DNA of 64,000 nucleotides from Nannocystis bainbridge (GTDB lineage Bacteria; Myxococcota_A; Polyangia; Nannocystales; Nannocystaceae): NCBI RefSeq assembly GCF_028368995.1, contig NZ_JAQNDL010000001.1, positions 3,008,001 to 3,072,000 of the forward strand, read 5' to 3'. Shown piece by piece: positions 59,044 to 64,000 of this stretch (position 1 is its first letter; each line of letters starts with the position of its first letter). The notes under the pieces were generated by a model. It saw only the letters and a program-made list of their open reading frames with translations, ran no database searches and was not told where the DNA came from. The position numbers and the translations under genes were made by a program.

Positions 59044-60402
59044 ATGAGCCATCGACGCTTCGCCTCCACCGGCCTCGCTTACGTCCTCGCCCTGTGCGCC
59101 GCCTGCGACCTCGAGTCGTGCGTCCGCGGAGAGCAGCAGGAGCTCGACTGCAGCGACCACCAGGACGGCTTCGAAAAAGCCGTCGCGCGCGAGGGCGTCC
59201 TGCTCGAGGCGATCCCCGACAAGCCCAGCTTCCCGATGGCGCTCGTCATCAGCGAGCGCGGCATCGAGGAGCTGCTCAAGGGCATCACCAGCGACACCAA
59301 CCCGGTGGCCGGCGGCGACCTGTCGCTGTTTGGGCTCAACCTGCAGATCGTGCCCAAGAAGACCGAGGTCGAGCTGACCAGCGAGCTCGACAAGTGCAGC
59401 CGCTGCGTCATCTTCGCCGTCGACTTCGCGGTCCAGGCCGTCACCGACGGCGGCACCTCGCAGCTGGCGGGCAACGGCAAGTCGAAGATCAGCATCCCGC
59501 TGCGGCTCGAGGAGATCGACGGCGACACCAGCGCCCTGGTGGCCGCTTACGAAGAGCTGACGATCCTCGACCTCTCGCTGACGGCGATGGGCTTCATCAC
59601 CGCCGAGTACCCCGAGTTCGAGAAGGCGCTCGAGATCAAGATGACCGAGCTCATCCGCGAGCAGTCGGAGCCGGTCCAGCTGATGAAGTTCGAGCCGTGG
59701 ACGATCGGCACCAACTCGGTCAAGGTCGTCGCCAAAGAGTTCGCCATCTTCCCCGACGCCGGCGTCATCTCGCTCGGCATGCAGACCAACCTCGACCTGC
59801 CCAAGGCGGTCGCGCTCGAGGTCGGCCAGGCGCTCGACGGCGACGCGATGATGGCGGTGCAGATGCACCCCGGCCTGCTGCTCGGCATGGCCGAGCGCAT
59901 GCTCGCCGAGGGCGTTATCCCGCGCCGCTACGACGACGACGGCGCGCCCGACCCCGAAGGCGCGCAGGGCATCACGCTGACCGGCCTCGGCAAGAACGCC
60001 ATCGGCGCCAACGACCTCGACGTCACCTTCCGCGTGTGGCGCACCAAGGGCGACTACTGCGGCTACGCCAACGCGGTCAGCGTGCTGCGCCTGGACCTCC
60101 AGGACTCGGACGGCATCCAGGACCGCATCACCGTCGTCCCGACCGACGAGCTGCGCGTGCTCGACGGCGGCCAGGGCGTCGGCGAGCTCTACGAGGACAA
60201 CGCCGACCTGGTCGAGGAGAACAAGGGCCTCGTCGACCACTTCAAGCGCAGCCTCGCCGACCAGATCGGCATCACCGTCAACTACAACGAGCTCGCGGTC
60301 GACGGCCAGAACATCGTCTTCGACGCCACCGGGCTCACCGTCAGCGACAAGAAGATCGACATCCTGCTCGACTTCCTGGTGCTCGCCGCCGAGGGCGGCT
60401 GA
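59044..60402 (+). CDS. Hypothetical lipoprotein, possibly BPI/TULIP-like
   Basis: AAGGA RBS, CAAC lipobox, long beta-rich acidic sequence. Confidence 0.75.
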   Translation: MSHRRFASTGLAYVLALCAACDLESCVRGEQQELDCSDHQDGFEKAVAREGVLLEAIPDKPSFPMALVISERGIEELLKGITSDTNPVAGGDLSLFGLNLQIVPKKTEVELTSELDKCSRCVIFAVDFAVQAVTDGGTSQLAGNGKSKISIPLRLEEIDGDTSALVAAYEELTILDLSLTAMGFITAEYPEFEKALEIKMTELIREQSEPVQLMKFEPWTIGTNSVKVVAKEFAIFPDAGVISLGMQTNLDLPKAVALEVGQALDGDAMMAVQMHPGLLLGMAERMLAEGVIPRRYDDDGAPDPEGAQGITLTGLGKNAIGANDLDVTFRVWRTKGDYCGYANAVSVLRLDLQDSDGIQDRITVVPTDELRVLDGGQGVGELYEDNADLVEENKGLVDHFKRSLADQIGITVNYNELAVDGQNIVFDATGLTVSDKKIDILLDFLVLAAEGG

Positions 60403-60450
60403 CCCGCCGCTCGCGGTGTGCTCGACTTCTCCTTACCCCTGGAATTCAGC

Positions 60451-62172
60451 ATGCGACTCCCCTCCCAAGCCCCCCTCGCCGCGGTCCTCGTCCCGCTCCT
60501 GCTGACCGGTTGCCCCGGCCTCCTGGGCAACGCGACCGGCGGCACCGACGGCGACACCTCGACCTCGACGACCACCGGCCCGGCGCCGACCACGATCCCC
60601 GACCTCACCACCACCGGCTTCATGCTCGAGTGCTACCCGGGCACCCTGCGCTGCGACCCGAAGAACAAGGGCGTGGTCCAGGAGTGCAAGGACACCGGCC
60701 TGGCGTGGGAGTCGACCCCCTGCACCGACGTCGAGGACTGCATCGAGGACGTCAGCGCCGGCACCGCCGAGTGCACCGGCCCGTGCGAGCGCATCGACAA
60801 CCCGACCTCGGTCGGCTGCGAGTTCCTCGCCATCCGCATGAACAGCTTCAACTTCGAGGACGATGCCAAGGATGTTCTGATCGTCGGCAACACCGACACG
60901 ACGCGCACGGCCCAGATCCAGCTGTGGTTCACGCCCAACAACAGCTTCACCGAGGAGCCGCTGTTCGAGCCGGTGCTGCTCGGGCCCGGCGAGTCGCACA
61001 TCTTCGACGTCGTCAACGACACGCTGAAGGGCTACACCGCGTTCCGCACCGGCGGCGTGTTCCGCGTCGAGAGCGACGTGCCGGTCACCGCCTACCTGCA
61101 CTCGGCGCTCGCCAACACCGCCAGCAACGACTCGTCGATGCTGCTGCCGACGCCGACCCTGGCCAAGGACTACGTCATCGCCTCGTACCCCGGCTTCGCC
61201 GACCCGGTGAAGCCCGACGAGATCAACGGCCGGCCGAGCTACTTCAACGTCATCGCCGTCGAGGACAACACCACCGTCCAGTGGGTCGCCCCGCGCGACA
61301 CCGCCGCCCAGGGCGTCCTCATCCCCGCGGTCCCGGCCGGCGAGACGGGCACGATCACGCTCAACCGCTTCGACGTGCTGCAGGTCGGCGCGTCGTCGGC
61401 CACCAACATGGAGATGATCACCCACGACCTGTCGGGCACGGTCGTCAGCGCCGACAAGAAGATCTGGGTGATGGGCGCGACCGAGTGCGCGTTCGTGCCG
61501 TTCACCGTCGGCTACTGCAACCACCTGCAGGAGCAGATGATCCCGCTCGAGTACTGGGGCAAGAAGTACGTCGGCCCCCACTCGCCGTCGCGGGCGATGG
61601 AGAAGCACTACTGGCGGATCTACGCCGGCAAGGACGGCGTCACCGTCACCGTCGAGTCCAACGACCAGAGCTTCAAGGTGCAGCCGATCACGCTGGTCAA
61701 GCGCGGCGACTGGAAGGAGATCGAGGTCCCGCACAACGTCAGCCTGATCTTCACCGCGACCGGGCCGATCCTGCCGGTGCAGTACCTGACGGGCGGCAAG
61801 GCGGCCAACAACATCGGCGACCCCGCGATGTACCAGATGATCGCCGTCGAGCAGTGGCTGACCCGCTACGCGGTCGTCACCGGCATCGGCTACGAGCTCA
61901 ACTACGCCCAGGTGATCCGCAAGAAGGGCGCCGCCGACGTCTCGATCAACGGCCAGACCGTCACCGGCTGGTACCTCATCAACGGCACCGGCGCGGACAA
62001 CCAGTGGGAGGTCGCCGACTACCAGCTGGCCGACGGCGCCGAGGCCCGCAGCTACGTCGCCGAGTCGACCGACCCCTTCAACATCGTCGTCCTCGGCTAC
62101 CAGCCCGGCATCCCCAGCTCGGCCTACGCCTACCCCGGCGGCATGAACCTCAAGAAGATCTACGCCCCGTGA
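60451..62172 (+). CDS. IgGFc-binding-domain lipoprotein
   Basis: LTGC, SVGCEF, DSSMLLP, CNHLQEQMIP, GDPAM, AYAYPGG. Confidence 0.88.
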   Translation: MRLPSQAPLAAVLVPLLLTGCPGLLGNATGGTDGDTSTSTTTGPAPTTIPDLTTTGFMLECYPGTLRCDPKNKGVVQECKDTGLAWESTPCTDVEDCIEDVSAGTAECTGPCERIDNPTSVGCEFLAIRMNSFNFEDDAKDVLIVGNTDTTRTAQIQLWFTPNNSFTEEPLFEPVLLGPGESHIFDVVNDTLKGYTAFRTGGVFRVESDVPVTAYLHSALANTASNDSSMLLPTPTLAKDYVIASYPGFADPVKPDEINGRPSYFNVIAVEDNTTVQWVAPRDTAAQGVLIPAVPAGETGTITLNRFDVLQVGASSATNMEMITHDLSGTVVSADKKIWVMGATECAFVPFTVGYCNHLQEQMIPLEYWGKKYVGPHSPSRAMEKHYWRIYAGKDGVTVTVESNDQSFKVQPITLVKRGDWKEIEVPHNVSLIFTATGPILPVQYLTGGKAANNIGDPAMYQMIAVEQWLTRYAVVTGIGYELNYAQVIRKKGAADVSINGQTVTGWYLINGTGADNQWEVADYQLADGAEARSYVAESTDPFNIVVLGYQPGIPSSAYAYPGGMNLKKIYAP

Positions 62173-62265
62173 CCGCGAGGCGCGGCGATCCTGCCGCGCT
62201 CGCCTGCTGTCCCTTTGCACCTGGTCTTCGGGCCAGGTCCTGCTTATCATGATTGGATTGCATCG

Positions 62266-63981
62266 ATGCCCCACCTTTACGCTCCCCGCGTGTGTCTGGG
62301 CGCGCTCGTGCTGCTCGCGGCCTGCCCCGACCTGATCAACCCCGCCGACAGCGCCAGCGCCAGCGCCACCACGACCGCCACCGGCGAACCGGCGACCACC
62401 ACCACCACGGCGCCCGACCCGACCACCGGCTTCGAGCCGCTGTGTCTGCCCGGCCAGACCCGCTGCGACCCCGGGCAGGCCAACGTGCTGCAGACCTGCA
62501 AGGCCACCGGCACCGAGTGGGAGTCGAGCCCGTGCGCGCACCAGTGCGTCGACGACATCGAGTCGTCCGCGTGCGCCGGCCCGTGCGACACCGACGACGA
62601 CCCGACCTCGATCGGCTGCGAGTTCCTGGCCATCCGCATGGACAGCCACAACGGCCCCGACGAACCCGACGCGCTGATCGTCGGCAACACCGACCCCGAC
62701 GAGCTCGCCGCCGTCCAGCTCTACTACACCCCGGCCAACGACTTCACCGAGCAGGCGATCCTCGACCCGGTAATCCTCGCGCCCGGCGAGTCGCACGTGT
62801 TCGACATCACCGTCGACCCGCTGGCGTTCACCAGCTTCCGCAACGGCGGGGTGTTCCGCCTCGTCAGCGACCGCCCGGTCGCCGCCTACCTGCACTCGCC
62901 GCTCGCCAACGACTCCAGCAACGACGCCTCGATGCTGCTGCCGGTCCGCTGGCTGCGCAAGGACTACGTCGTCGCCTCGTGGCCGCCGTTCGTCGACGCC
63001 GCCCAGCCCGACACCATCAACGGCCGCCCCAGCTACTTCACCGTCATCGCCCTCGAGGACGACACCACCGTGACGTGGCAGCCGCGCCAGCGCACCGCCG
63101 GCTTCGGCACCCAGTTCGAGGCGGTCGAGCCGGGCGCCACCGGGACCAAGGTCATGCACCGCTTCGACGTGCTGCAGGTCGCCGCCTCCTCGCCGCCGGG
63201 CGACACCGACTACGTGCACCACGACGTGTCCGGCACGCTCGTCAGCGCCGACAAGAACATCTGGGTCATGGGCGCGACCGACTGCGCCTACGTGCCGTTC
63301 GGCTCCGGGTGGTGCAACCACCTCCAGGAGCAGATGATCCCGCTCGAGTACTGGGGCAGCACGTACATCGGCCCGCCCTCGCCCCCGCGCTCCGGCACCG
63401 AGAAGCAGTACTGGCGCGTCTACGCCGGCGACGACGACGTCACGCTCGCCATCACCAACAGCGGCGACGCCAACACCGAGTTCAAGATGCTCGCCGAGCG
63501 CGGCGAGTTCGTCGAGGTCGAGGCCGATTTCGGCGTCAGCCTGCTGTTCGTCGGCCTCAACGACGCGCCGATCCTCCCGGTCCAGTATTTGGCCGGCAAC
63601 GAGGCCGCGGGCGGGATCGGCGACCCGGCGATGATCCAGATGATCGCCGTCGAGCAGTGGCGCGATCGTTACGTGTTCGTGACGGGCGCCGACTACGAAG
63701 CCAACTTCGTGCAGATCGTGCGCCGCACCGGCGGCGCGGACGTGACGATCGACGGCCAGGTCGTCGGCGACTGGAAGCTCGCCAACTTCGCGGGCGACGA
63801 CAACTATCAGATCGCCGACTTCCCGCTGCCTGGCGGCGCCGACGCGATCACCTCCATGGCGGCCTCGACCGAACCGTTCGGCATCCACGTGATCGGCTAC
63901 AACCCGGCCGGTCCGGGCGACAAGACCTCGGCCTACGCCTATCCCGGCGGCATGCGGCTCGAGAAGTTGTTCGTGCCGTGA
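62266..63981 (+). CDS. IgGFc-binding-domain lipoprotein, tandem paralog
   Basis: LAAC, SIGCEF, DASMLLP, CNHLQEQMIP, AYAYPGG. Confidence 0.88.
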   Translation: MPHLYAPRVCLGALVLLAACPDLINPADSASASATTTATGEPATTTTTAPDPTTGFEPLCLPGQTRCDPGQANVLQTCKATGTEWESSPCAHQCVDDIESSACAGPCDTDDDPTSIGCEFLAIRMDSHNGPDEPDALIVGNTDPDELAAVQLYYTPANDFTEQAILDPVILAPGESHVFDITVDPLAFTSFRNGGVFRLVSDRPVAAYLHSPLANDSSNDASMLLPVRWLRKDYVVASWPPFVDAAQPDTINGRPSYFTVIALEDDTTVTWQPRQRTAGFGTQFEAVEPGATGTKVMHRFDVLQVAASSPPGDTDYVHHDVSGTLVSADKNIWVMGATDCAYVPFGSGWCNHLQEQMIPLEYWGSTYIGPPSPPRSGTEKQYWRVYAGDDDVTLAITNSGDANTEFKMLAERGEFVEVEADFGVSLLFVGLNDAPILPVQYLAGNEAAGGIGDPAMIQMIAVEQWRDRYVFVTGADYEANFVQIVRRTGGADVTIDGQVVGDWKLANFAGDDNYQIADFPLPGGADAITSMAASTEPFGIHVIGYNPAGPGDKTSAYAYPGGMRLEKLFVP

Positions 63982-64000
63982 ACCGCGTCCGCGGGGCGCG

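Noticed and set aside
19863-63888. Very long antisense or alternate-frame ORFs (e.g. 19863-23180, 29407-32100, 59094-62252, 60433-63888)
   Set aside because: Shadow ORFs expected in high-GC DNA; they overlap well-supported genes and carry no motifs.

Overview
A very GC-rich window whose gene content (Thr/Gly-linker lipoproteins, IgGFc-binding-domain proteins, Ser/Thr kinase-STAND-TPR fusion, ECF sigma factor, TSP3/OmpA protein) suggests a myxobacterium, probably Nannocystaceae; the taxon is inferred. It holds about 45 genes for metabolism, signalling and secreted proteins. Three things are not explained by standard annotation. (1) At 48.5-49.1 kb, four tandem unannotated 17-24 aa ORFs share an MK(T/I)(K/R)TxTRA..G leader and an NPL(Y/F) C-terminal motif, with repeated sigma54-like promoters; they may be a RiPP or signal-peptide family. 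(2) Facing them is an operon of three atypical tRNA-Cys(GCA) genes, preceded by a 10-bp VNTR and a possible leader peptide, and next to an M61 peptidase. (3) A degenerate palindromic decamer (RRRCATGYYY, i.e. TGTCC-N4-GGACA between neighbours) occurs in arrays with a 14-bp period at more than 20 sites, both between and inside genes. Also noted: a second, thumb-reduced family-A DNA polymerase, a TldD with a Tat-type signal, a pseudokinase and a lipidated Csp-like copper-storage protein. All calls come from manual reading; no database searches were run.
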